The notes under the pieces were generated by a model. It made no database searches and was not told the DNA's origin. It worked only from the letters and a program-made list of their open reading frames with translations. A stretch of 64,000 nucleotides of DNA from the NCBI GenBank assembly GCA_964016885.1, contig OZ024744.1:135284001-135348000 (forward strand), read 5' to 3'. Positions 25,801 to 37,800 of the stretch are shown here, piece after piece. The DNA comes from Eledone cirrhosa. Its lineage: Eukaryota. Each line of letters starts with the position of its first letter. Positions within the stretch are counted from its first letter, which is position 1. Position numbers and translations under genes: made by a program.

Positions 25801-28800
25801 GTTGGGGTTGAGTTAAGTTGGGGTTAAGTTAAGTTGGGGTTATATTAAGTTGGAGTTAAGTTAAGATGGGGTTAAGTTAAATTGGGGTTAAGTTAAGTTG
25901 GGGTTAAGTTAAGTTGGGGCTAAGTTAAGTTGGTGGTAAGTTAAGTTGGGGGTAAGTTAAGATGGGGTTAAGTTAAGTTGGGGTTAAGTTAATTTGGGGT
26001 TAAGTTAGGGTTAAGTTAAGTTGGGGTTGAGTTAAGTTGGGGTTAAGTTAAGTTGGGGTTATGTTAAGTTGGGGTTAAGTTGAGTTGGGGTTAAGTTAAG
26101 TTGGGGTTAAGTTAAGTTGGGGTTAATTTAAGTTGGGGTTAAGTTAAGTTGGGGTTAATTTAAGTTGGGGTTAAGTTAAGTTGGGGTTAAGTTAAGTTGG
26201 GGTTAAATTAAGTTGGGGTTAAGTTAAGTTGGGGTTAATTTAAGTTGGGGTTCAGTTAAGTTGCGGTTATATTAAGTTGGGGTTAAGTTAAGTTGGGGTT
26301 AAGTTAAGTTGGGGTTAAGTTAATTTGGGGTTAATTTAAGTTGGGGTTAAGTTAAGTTGGGGTTAAGTTAATTTGTGGTTAAGTTGGGGTTAAGTTCAGT
26401 TGGGGTTAAGTTCAGTCGGGGTTAAGTTAAGTTGGGGTTGAGTTAAGTTGGGGTTAAGTTAAGTTGGGGTTGAGTTAAGTTGGGGTTAAGTTAAGTTGGT
26501 GTTAAGATAAGTTGGGGTTAAGTTAAGTTGGGGTTGAGTTATGTTGGGGTTGATTTAATTTGGGGTTAAGTTAAGTTGGGGTTAACTTAAGTTGGGTTTA
26601 AGTTAAGTTGGGTTTAAGTTAAGTTGGGGTTAAATTAAGTTGGGGTTAAGTTAAGTTGGGGGTAAGTTAAGTTGGGGTTAGTTAAGTTGCGGTTAAGTTA
26701 AGTTGGGGTTAAGTTAAGTTGGGGTTAAGTTAAGTTGGGGTTAAGTTAAGTTGGGGTTAATTTAAGTTGGGGTTAAGTTAAGTTGGGGTTAATTTAAGTT
26801 GGGGTTAATTTAAGTTGGGGTTAAGTTAAGTTGGGGTTAAGTTAAGTTGGGGTTAAGTTAAGTTGGGGGTAACTTAAGTTGGGGGTGAGTTAAGTTGGGG
26901 TTAATTTAAGTTGGGGTTAAGTTGGGGTTAAGTTAAGTTAGGGTTAAGTTAAGTTGGGGTTGAGTTAAGTTGGGGTTAAGTTAAGTGGTGGTTATGTTAA
27001 GTTGGGGTTAAGTTAAGTTGGGGTTAAGTTAAATTGGGGTTAAGTTAAGTTGCGGTTATGTTAAGTTGGGGTTAAGTTAAGTTGGGGTTAAGTTAAGTTG
27101 GGGTTAAGTTAAGTTGGGGTTAAGTTAAGTCGGGGTTAAGATAAGTTGGGGTTAAGTTAAGTTGGGATTAAGTTAATTTGGGGTTAAGTTAAGTTGGGGT
27201 TAAGTTAAGTTGGGGTTAAGTTAAGTTGAGGTTAAGTTAAGTTGGGGTTAAATTAAGTTGGGGTTAAGTTAAGCTGGGGTTAAGTTAAGTTAGGGTTAAT
27301 TAAATTGGGTTTCAGTTAAGTTGGGGTTAATTTAAGTTGGGGTTAAGTTAAGTTGGGGTTAAGTTAAGTTGGTTAGTTAAGTTGAGTTTAAATTAAGTTG
27401 GGGTTAAGTTAAGTTGCGGTTAAGTTAAGTTTGGGTTAAGTTAAGTTGGGGTTAAGTTAAGTTGGGGTTAAGTTAAGTTGGGGTTAAGTTAAGTTGGGGT
27501 TAAGTTAAGTTGGTGTTAAGTTAAGTTGGGGCTAATTTAAGTTGGGGCTGAGTTAAGTTGGGGCTGAGTTAAGTTGGGGTTAAGTTAAGTTGGGGTTGAG
27601 TTAAGTTGGGGTTACGTTAAGTTGGGGTTAAGTTAAGTTGGGGTTAAGTTAAGTTGGGGTTTAGTTAAGTTGGGGTTCAGTTAAGTTGGGGTTAAGTTAA
27701 GTTTGGGTTAAGTTGGGGTTAAATTAAGTTGGGGTTAAGTTAAGTTGGGATTTAGTTAAGTTGGGGTTAAGTTAAGTCGGGGTTAATTTAAGTTGGTGTT
27801 AAGTTAAGTTGCGGGTAATTTAAGTTGGAGTTAAGTTAAGTTGGGGTTAAGTTAACTTGGGGTTAAGTTAAGTTGGGGTTAAGTTAAGTTGGGGTTAAGT
27901 TAAGTTAGGGGTAAGTTAAGTTGGGCGTAAGTTAAGTTGGGGGTAAGTTAAGTTGGGGTTAAGTTAAGTTGGGGTTAAGTTAAGTTAGGGTTAAGGTAAG
28001 TTGGGGTTGAGTTAAGTTGGGGTTAAGTTAAGTTGGGGTTATGTTAAGTTGGGGTTAAGTTAAGTTGCGGTTAAGTTAAGTTGGGGTTAAGTGAAGTTGG
28101 GGTTAAGTTAACTTGGGGTTAAGTTAAGTTGGGGTTAAGTTAAGTTGGGGTTAAGTTAAGTTGGGGAAGTTGGGGTTAAGTTAAGTTGGGGTTAAGTTAA
28201 GTTGGGGTTAAGTTAAGTTGGCGTTAATTTAAGTTGGGGTTAAGTTAAGATGGGGTTAAGTTAAGTTGGGGTTAAGTTAATTTGGGGTTAAGTTAAGTTG
28301 GGGTTGAGTTAATTTGGGGTTAACTTAAGTTGGGGGTACTTAAGTTGGGTTTAAGTTAAGTGGGGTTAAGTTAAGTTGGGGTTAAGTTAAGTTGGGGTTA
28401 AGTTAAGTTGGGGTTAAGTTAGGTTGTGGTTAAGTTAAGCTGGGGGTAAGTTAAGATGGGGTTAAGTTAAGTTGGGGTTAAGTTAATTTGGGGTTAAGTT
28501 AGGGTTAAGTTAAGTTGGGGTTGAGTTAAGTTGGGGTTAAGTTAAGTTGGGGTTATGTTAAGTTGGGGTTAAGTTAAGTTGGGGTTAAGATGAGTTGGGG
28601 TTCAGTTAAGTTGCGGTTAAGTTAAGTTGGGGTTAAGTTAAGTTGGGGTTAAGTTAAGTTGGGGTTAAGTTAAGTTGGCGTTAATTTAAGTTGGGGTTAA
28701 GTTAAGTTGGGGTTAAGTTAAGTTGCGGTTAAATTAAGTTGGGGTTAAGTTAAGTTGGGGTTTATTTAAGTTGGGGTTAATTAAGTTGGGGTTAAGTTAA

Positions 28801-28897
28801 GTTGGGGTTAAGTTAAGTTGGGGTTAACTTAAGTTGGGGTTGAGTTAAGTTGGGGTTAAGTTAAGTTGGGGTTATATTAAGTTGGAGTTAAGTTAAG
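22823..28897 (+). repeat. Tandem higher-order duplication, 3032-bp unit x2
   Basis: Markers recur at +3032: AAGATGG A22834/A25866, GGGCGT C24894/C27926, GGGGAAG A25135/A28167, AAGCTGGGGG C25408/C28440. Confidence 0.92.
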
Positions 28898-31800
28898 TTG
28901 GGGTTAAGTTAAGTTGGGGTTCAGTTAAGTTGCGGTTAAGTTAAGTTGGGGTTAAGTTAAGTTGGGGTTAAGTTAAGTTGGGGTTAAGTTAAGTTGGGGT
29001 TAATTTAGGTTGGGGTTAAGTTAAGTTGGTGTTAATTTAAGTTGGGGCTAAGTTAAGTTGGGGCTGAGTTAAGTTGGGGCTGAGTTAAGTTGGGGTTAAG
29101 TTAAGTTGGGGTTGAGTTAAGTTGGGGTTAAGTTAAGTTGGGGTTCAGTTAAGTTGGGGTTAAGTTAAGTTGGGGTTAAGTTAAGTTGGGGTTCAGTTAA
29201 GTTGGGGTTCAGTTAAGTTGGGGTTAAGTTTAGTTTGGGTTAAGTTGGGGTTAAATTAAGTTGGGGTTAAGTTAAGTTGGGGTTTAGTTAAGTTGGGGTT
29301 AAGTTAAGTCGGGGTTAATTTAAGTTGGGGTTAAGTTAAGTTGCGGGTAATTTAAGTTGGAGTTAAGTTAAGTTGGGGTTAAGTTAAGTTGGGGTTAAGT
29401 TAAGTTGGGGTTAAGTTAAGTTGCGGTTAAGTTAAGTTGGGGTTAAGTTAAGTTGGGGTTAAGTTAGATTGTGGTTAAGTTAAGTTGGGGTTAAGTTAAG
29501 TTGGGGTTAAGTTAAGTTGGGGTTAAGTTAAGGCGGGGTTAAGTTGAGTTGGGGTTAAGTTAAGTTGGGGTTAACTTAAGTTGGGGTTGAGTTAATTTGG
29601 GGTTAACTTAAGTTGGGGGTACTTAAGTTGGGTTTAAGTTAAGTGGGGTTAAGTTAAGTTGGGGTTAAGTTAAGTTGGGGTTCAATTAAGTTGCGGTTAT
29701 ATTAAGTTGGGGTTAAGTTCAGTTGGGGTTGAGTTAAGTTGGGGTTGAGTTAAGTTGGGGGTAAGTTAAGTTGGGGGTAAGTTAAGTTGGGGTTAATTTA
29801 AGTTGGGTCTAATTAAGTTGGGGTGAAGTTAAGTTGGGGTTAAGTTAGGGTTAAGTTAAGTTGGGGTTAAGTTAAGTTGGGGGTAAGTTAAGTTGGTGGT
29901 AAGTTAAGTTGGGGGTAAGTTAAGATGGGGTTAAGTTAAGTTGGGGTTAAGTTAATTTGGGGTTAAGTTAGGGTTAAGTTAAGTTGCGGTTGAGTTAAGT
30001 TGGGGTTAAGTTAAGTTGGGGTTATGTTAAGTTGGGGTTAAGTTAAGTTGGGGTTAAGATGAGTTGGGGTTCAGTTAAGTTGCGGTTAAGTTAAGTTGGG
30101 GTTAAGTTAAGTTGGGGTTAAGTTAAGTTGGGGTTAAGTTAAGTTGGCGTTAATTTAAGTTGGGGTTAAGTTAAGTTGGGGTTAAGTTAAGTTGCGGTTA
30201 AATTAAGTTGGGGTTAAGTTAAGTTGGGGTTTATTTAAGTTGGGGTTAATTAAGTTGGGGTTAAGTTAAGTTGGGGTTAAGTTAAGTTGGGGTTAACTTA
30301 AGTTGGGGTTGAGTTAAGTTGGGGTTAAGTTAAGTTGGGGTTATATTAAGTTAGAGTTAAGTTAAGTTGGGGTTAAGTTAAGTTTGGGTTCAGTTAAGTT
30401 GCGGTTAAGTTAAGTTGGGGTTAAGTTAAGTTGGGGTTTAGTTAACTTGGGGTTAAGTTAAGTTGGGGTTAAGTTAGGTTGGGGTTTAGTTAAGTTGGTG
30501 TTAAGTTAAGTTGGGGCTAAGTTAAGTTGGGGCTGAGTTAAGTTGGGGCTGAGTTAAGTTGGGGTTAAGTTAAGTTGGGGTTGAGTTAAGTTGGGGTTAA
30601 GTTAAGTTGGGGTTCAGTTAAGTTGGGGTTAAGTTAAGTTGGGGTTAAGTTAAGTTGGGGTTTAGTTAAGTTGGGGTTCAGTTAAGTTGGGGTTAAGTTA
30701 AGTTTGGGTTAAGTTGGGGTTAAATTAAGTTGGGGTTAAGTTAAGTTGGGGTTTAGTTAAGTTGGGGTTAAGTTAAGTCGGGGTTAATTTAAGTTGGGGT
30801 TAAGTTAAGTTGCGGGTAATTTAAGTTGGAGTTAAGTTAAGTTGGGGTTAAGTTAAGTTGGGGTTAAGTTAAGTTGGGGTTAAGTTAAGTTGCGGTTAAG
30901 TTAAGTTGGGGTTAAGTTAAGTTGGGGTTAAGTTAGATTGTGGTTAAGTTAAGTTGGGGTTAAGTTAAGTTGGGGTTAAGTTAAGTTGGGGTTAAGTTAA
31001 GGCGGGGTTAAGTTGAGTTGGGGTTAAGTTAAGTTGGGGTTAAGTTAAGTTGGGGTTGAGTTAATTTGGGGTTAACTTAAGTTGGGGGTACTTAAGTTGG
31101 GTTTAAGTTAAGTGGGGTTAAGTTAAGTTGGGGTTAAGTTAAGTTGGGGTTAAGTTAAGTTGGGGTTAAGTTAGGTTGTGGTTAAGTTAAGTTGGGGGTA
31201 AGTTAAGTTGGGGGTAAGTTAAGTTGGGGTTAATTTAAGTTGGGTCTAATTAAGTTGGGGTTAAGTTAAGTTGGGGTTAAGTTAAGTTGGGTTGAGTTAA
31301 TTTGGGGTTAACTTAAGTTGGGGGTACTTAAGTTGGGTTTAAGTTAAGTGGGGTTAAGTGAAGTTGGGGTTAAGTTAAGTTGGGGGTAAGTTAAGTTGGG
31401 GGTAAGTTAAGTTGGGGTTAATTTAAGTTGGGTCAAATTAAGTTGGGGTTAAGTTAAGTTGGGGTTGAGTTAAGTTGGGGTTAAATTAAGTTGGGGTTAA
31501 GTTAAGTTGGGGTTAAGTTAAGTTGGGGTTAAGTTAAGTTGGGGGTAAGTTAGTTGGTGGTAAGTTAAGTTGGGGGTAAGTTAAGATGGGGTTAAGTTAA
31601 GTTGGGGTTAAGTTAATTTGGGGTTAAGTTAGGGTTAAGTTAAGTTGGGGTTGAGTTAAGTTGGGGGTAATTTAAGTTGGAGTTAAGTTAAGTTGGGGTT
31701 AAGTTAAGTTGGGGTTAAGTTAAGTTGGGGTTAAGTTAAGTTAGGGGTAAGTTAAGTTGGGGGTAAGTTAAGTTGGGGGTAAGTTAAGTTGGGGTTAAGT

Positions 31801-34800
31801 TAAGTTAGGGTTAAGGTAAGTTGGGGTTGAGTTAAGTTGGGGTTAAGTTAAGTTGGGGTTATGTTAAGTTGGGGTTAAGTTAAGTTGCGGTTAAGTTAAG
31901 TTGGGGTTAAGTGAAGTTGGGGCTAAGTTAACTTGGGGTTAAGTTAAGTTGGGGTTAAGTTAAGTTGGGGTTAAGTTAAGTTGGGGTTCAGTTAGATTGT
32001 GGTTAAGTTAAGTTGGGGTTCAGTTAAGTTGGGGTTAAGTTAAGTTGGGGTTAAGTTAAGTTGGGGTTGAGTTAATTTGGGGTTAACTTAAGTTGGGGGT
32101 ACTTAAGTTGGGTTTAAGTTAAGTGGGGTTAAGTTAAGTTGGGGTTAAGTTAAGTTGGGGTTAAGATAGGTTGTGGTTAAGTTAAGTTGGGGGTAAGTTA
32201 AGTTGGGGTTAATTTAAGTTGGGTCTAATTAAGTTGGGGTTAAGTTAAGTTGGGGTTAAGTTAAGTTGGGGTTGAGTTAATTTGGGGTTAACTTAAGTTG
32301 GGGGTACTTAAGTTGGGTTTAAGTTAAGTGGGGTTAAGTTAAGTTGGGGTTAAGTTAAATTGGGGGTAAGTTAAGTTGGGGGTAAGTTAAGTTGGAGTTA
32401 ATTTAAGTTGGGTCAAATTAAGTTGGGGTTAAGTTAAGTTGGGGTTAAGTTAAGTTGGGGTTAAATTAAGTTGGAGTTAAGTTAAGTTGGGGTTAAATTA
32501 AGTTTGGGTTAAGTTAAGTTTGGGTTAAGTTAAGTTGGGGTTAAGTTAAGTTGGGGGTCAGTTAAGTTGGTGGTAAGTTAAGTTGGGGGTAAGTTAAGAT
32601 GGGGTTGAGTTAAGTTGGGGTTAAGTTAATTTGGGGTTAAGTTAGGGTTAAGTTAAGTTGGGGTTGAGTTAAGTTGGGGTTAAGTTAAGTTGGGGTTATG
32701 TTAAGTTGGGGTTAAGTTAAGTTGGGGTTAAGATGAGTTGGGGTTCAGTTAAGTTGCGGTTAAGTCAAGTTGGGGTTAAGTTAAGTTGGGGTTAAGTTAA
32801 GTTGGGGTTAAGTTAAGTTGGCGTTAATTTAAGTTGGGGTTAAGTTAAGTTGGGGTTAAGTTAAGTTGGGGTTAAATTAAGTTGGGGTTAAGTTAAGTTG
32901 GGGTTAATTTAAGTTGGGGATAAGATAAGTTGGGGTTAAGTTAAGTTGGGGTTGAGTTAAGTTGGGGTTGAGTTAATTTGGGGTTAACTTAAGTTGGGGT
33001 TAAGTTAAGTTGGGGTTAAGTTAAATTGGGGTTAAGTTAAGTTGGGGTTAAGTTAAGTTGGGGGTAAGTTAAGTTTGGGTTAGTTAAGTTGCGGTTAAGT
33101 TAAGTTGGGGTTAAGTTAAGTTGGGGTTAAGTTAAGTTGGGGTTAAGTTAAGTTGGGGTTAATTTAAGTTGGGGTTAAGTTAAGTTGGGGTTAATTTAAG
33201 TTGGGGTTAATTTAAGTTGGGGTTAAGTTAAGTTGGGGTTAAGTTAAGTTGGGGTTAAGTTAAGTTGGGGGTAACTTAAGTTGGGGGTGAGTTAAGTTGG
33301 GGTTAATTTAAGTTGGGGTTAAGTTGGGGTTAAGTTAAGTTAGGGTTAAGTTAAGTTGGGGTTGAGTTAAGTTGGGGTTAAGTTAAGTGGTGATTATGTT
33401 AAGTTGGGGTTAAGTTAAGTTGGGGTTAAGTTAAATTGGGGTTAAGTTAAGTTGCGGTTATGTTAAGTTGGGGTTAAGTTAAGTTGGGGTTAAGTTAAGT
33501 TGGGGTTAAGTTAAGTTGGGGTTAAGTTAAGTCGGGGTTAAGATAAGTTGGGGTTAAGTTAAGTTGGGATTAAGTTAATTTGGGGTTAAGTTAAGTTGGG
33601 GTTAAGTTAAGTTGGGGTTAAGTTAAGTTGAGGTTAAGTTAAGTTGGGGTTAAATTAAGTTGGGGTTAAGTTAAGCTGGGGTTAAGTTAAGTTAGGGTTA
33701 ATTAAATTGGGTTTCAGTTAAGTTGGGGTTAATTTAAGTTGGGGTTAAGTTAAGTTGGGGTTAAGTTAAGTTGGTTAGTTAAGTTGAGTTTAAATTAAGT
33801 TGGGGTTAAGTTAAGTTGCGGTTAAGTTAAGTTTGGGTTAAGTTAAGTTGGGGTTAAGTTAAGTTGGGGTTAAGTTAAGTTGGGGTTAAGTTAAGTTGGG
33901 GTTAAGTTAAGTTGGTGTTAAGTTAAGTTGGGGCTAATTTAAGTTGGGGCTGAGTTAAGTTGGGGCTGAGTTAAGTTGGGGTTAAGTTAAGTTGGGGTTG
34001 AGTTAAGTTGGGGTTACGTTAAGTTGGGGTTAAGTTAAGTTGGGGTTAAGTTAAGTTGGGGTTTAGTTAAGTTGGGGTTCAGTTAAGTTGGGGTTAAGTT
34101 AAGTTTGGGTTAAGTTGGGGTTAAATTAAGTTGGGGTTAAGTTAAGTTGGGATTTAGTTAAGTTGGGGTTAAGTTAAGTCGGGGTTAATTTAAGTTGGTG
34201 TTAAGTTAAGTTGCGGGTAATTTAAGTTGGAGTTAAGTTAAGTTGGGGTTAAGTTAACTTGGGGTTAAGTTAAGTTGGGGTTAAGTTAAGTTGGGGTTAA
34301 GTTAAGTTAGGGGTAAGTTAAGTTGGGGGTAAGTTAAGTTGGGGGTAAGTTAAGTTGGGGTTAAGTTAAGTTGGGGTTAAGTTAAGTTAGGGTTAAGGTA
34401 AGTTGGGGTTGAGTTAAGTTGGGGTTAAGTTAAGTTGAGGTTATGTTAAGTTGGGGTTAAGTTAAGTTGCGGTTAAGTTAAGTTGGGGTTAAGTGAAGTT
34501 GGGGTTAAGTTAACTTGGGGTTAAGTTAAGTTGGGGTTAAGTTAAGTTGGGGTTAAGTTAAGTTGGGGAAGTTGGGGTTAAGTTAAGTTGGGGTTAAGTT
34601 AAGTTGGGGTTAAGTTAAGTTGGCGTTAATTTAAGTTGGGGTTAAGTTAAGATGGGGTTAAGTTAAGTTGGGGTTAAGTTAATTTGGGGTTAAGTTAAGT
34701 TGGGGTTGAGTTAATTTGGGGTTAACTTAAGTTGGGGGTACTTAAGTTGGGTTTAAGTTAAGTGGGGTTAAGTTAAGTTGGGGTTAAGTTAAGTTGGGGT

Positions 34801-37800
34801 TAAGTTAAGTTGGGGTTAAGTTAGGTTGTGGTTAAGTTAAGTTGGGGGTAAGTTAAGATGGGGTTAAGTTAAGTTGGGGTTAAGTTAATTTGGGGTTAAG
34901 TTAGGGTTAAGTTAAGTTGGGGTTGAGTTAAGTTGGGGTTAAGTTAAGTTGGGGTTATGTTAAGTTGGGGTTAAGTTAAGTTGGGGTTAAGATGAGTTGG
35001 GGTTCAGTTAAGTTGCGGTTAAGTTAAGTTGGGGTTAAGTTAAGTTGGGGTTAAGTTAAGTTGGGGTTAAGTTAAGTTGGCGTTAATTTAAGTTGGGGTT
35101 AAGTTAAGTTGGGGTTAAGTTAAGTTGCGGTTAAATTAAGTTGGGGTTAAGTTAAGTTGGGGTTTATTTAAGTTGGGGTTAATTAAGTTGGGGTTAAGTT
35201 AAGTTGGGGTTAAGTTAAGTTGGGGTTAACTTAAGTTGGGGTTGAGTTAAGTTGGGGTTAAGTTAAGTTGGGGTTATATTAAGTTGGAGTTAAGTTAAGT
35301 TGGGGTTAAGTTAAGTTGGGGTTCAGTTAAGTTGCGGTTAAGTTAAGTTGGGGTTAAGTTAAGTTGGGGTTAAGTTAAGTTGGGGTTAAGTTAAGTTGGG
35401 GTTAATTTAGGTTGGGGTTAAGTTAAGTTGGTGTTAATTTAAGTTGGGGCTAAGTTAAGTTGGGGCTGAGTTAAGTTGGGGCTGAGTTAAGTTGGGGTTA
35501 AGTTAAGTTGGGGTTGAGTTAAGTTGGGGTTAAGTTAAGTTGGGGTTTAGTTAAGTTGGGGTTAAGTTAAGTTGGGGTTAAGTTAAGTTGGGGTTTAGTT
35601 AAGTTGGGGTTCAGTTAAGTTGGGGTTAAGTTTAGTTTGGGTTAAGTTGGGGTTAAATTAAGTTGGGGTTAAGTTAAGTTGGGGTTTAGTTAAGTTGGGG
35701 TTAAGTTAAGTCGGGGTTAATTTAAGTTGGGGTTAAGTTAAGTTGCGGGTAATTTAAGTTGGAGTTAAGTTAAGTTGGGGTTAAGTTAAGTTGGGGTTAA
35801 GTTAAGTTGGGGTTAAGTTAAGTTGCGGTTAAGTTAAGTTGGGGTTAAGTTAAGTTGGGGTTAAGTTAGATTGTGGTTAAGTTAAGTTGGGGTTAAGTTA
35901 AGTTGGGGTTAAGTTAAGTTGGGGTTAAGTTAAGGCGGGGTTAAGTTGAGTTGGGGTTAAGTTAAGTTGGGGTTAAGTTAAGTTGGGGTTGAGTTAATTT
36001 GGGGTTAACTTAAGTTGGGGGTACTTAAGTTGGGTTTAAGTTAAGTGGGGTTAAGTTAAGTTGGGGTTAAGTTAAGTTGGGGTTCAATTAAGTTGCGGTT
36101 ATATTAAGTTGGGGTTAAGTTCAGTTGGGGTTGAGTTAAGTTGGGGTTGAGTTAAGTTGGGGGTAAGTTAAGTTGGGGGTAAGTTAAGTTGGGGTTAATT
36201 TAAGTTGGGTCTAATTAAGTTGGGGTGAAGTTAAGTTGGGGTTAAGTTAAGTTGGGGTTGAGTTAATTTGGGGTTAACTTAAGTTGGGGTTAAATTAAGT
36301 TGGGGTTAAGTTGCGGTTAAGTTAAGTTGGGGTTAAGTTAAGTTGGGGGTAAGTTAAGTTGGTGGTAAGTTAAGTTGGGGGTAAGTTAAGATGGGGTTAA
36401 GTTAAGTTGGGGTTAAGTTAATTTGGGGTTAAGTTAGGGTTAAGTTAAGTTGGGGTTGAGTTAAGTTGGGGTTAAGTTAAGTTGGGGTTATGTTAAGTTG
36501 GGGTTAAGTTAAGTTGGTGTTAAGATGAGTTGGGGTTCAGTTAAGTTGCGGTTAAGTTAAGTTGGGGTTAAGTTAAGTTGGGGTTAAGTTAAGTTGGGGT
36601 TAAGTTAAGTTGGCGTTAATTTAAGTTGGGGTTAAGTTAAGTTGGGGTTAAGTTAAGTTGCGGTTAAATTAAGTTGGGGTTAAGTTAAGTTGGGGTTTAT
36701 TTAAGTTGGGGTTAATTAAGTTGGGGTTAAGTTAAGTTGGGGTTAAGTTAAGTTGGGGTTAACTTAAGTTGGGGTTGAGTTAAGTTGGGGTTAAGTTAAG
36801 TTGGGGTTATATTAAGTTAGAGTTAAGTTAAGTTGGGGTTAAGTTAAGTTTGGGTTCAGTTAAGTTGCGGTTAAGTTAAGTTGGGGTTAAGTTAAGTTGG
36901 GGTTTAGTTAACTTGGGGTTAAGTTAAGTTGGGGTTAAGTTAGGTTGGGGTTTAGTTAAGTTGGTGTTAAGTTAAGTTGGGGCTAAGTTAAGTTGGGGCT
37001 GAGTTAAGTTGGGGCTGAGTTAAGTTGGGGTTAAGTTAAGTTGGGGTTGAGTTAAGTTGGGGTTAAGTTAAGTTGGGGTTCAGTTAAGTTGGGGTTAAGT
37101 TAAGTTGGGGTTAAGTTAAGTTGGGGTTTAGTTAAGTTGGGGTTCAGTTAAGTTGGGGTTAAGTTAAGTTTGGGTTAAGTTGGGGTTAAATTAAGTTGGG
37201 GTTAAGTTAAGTTGGGGTTTAGTTAAGTTGGGGTTAAGTTAAGTCGGGGTTAATTTAAGTTGGGGTTAAGTTAAGTTGCGGGTAATTTAAGTTGGAGTTA
37301 AGTTAAGTTGGGGTTAAGTTAAGTTGGGGTTAAGTTAAGTTGGGGTTAAGTTAAGTTGCGGTTAAGTTAAGTTGGGGTTAAGTTAAGTTGGGGTTAAGTT
37401 AGATTGTGGTTAAGTTAAGTTGGGGTTAAGTTAAGTTGGGGTTAAGTTAAGTTGGGGTTAAGTTAAGGCGGGGTTAAGTTGAGTTGGGGTTAAGTTAAGT
37501 TGGGGTTAAGTTAAGTTGGGGTTGAGTTAATTTGGGGTTAACTTAAGTTGGGGGTACTTAAGTTGGGTTTAAGTTAAGTGGGGTTAAGTTAAGTTGGGGT
37601 TAAGTTAAGTTGGGGTTAAGTTAAGTTGGGGTTAAGTTAGGTTGTGGTTAAGTTAAGTTGGGGGTAAGTTAAGTTGGGGGTAAGTTAAGTTGGGGTTAAT
37701 TTAAGTTGGGTCTAATTAAGTTGGGGTTAAGTTAAGTTGGGGTTAAGTTAAGTTGGGTTGAGTTAATTTGGGGTTAACTTAAGTTGGGGGTACTTAAGTT

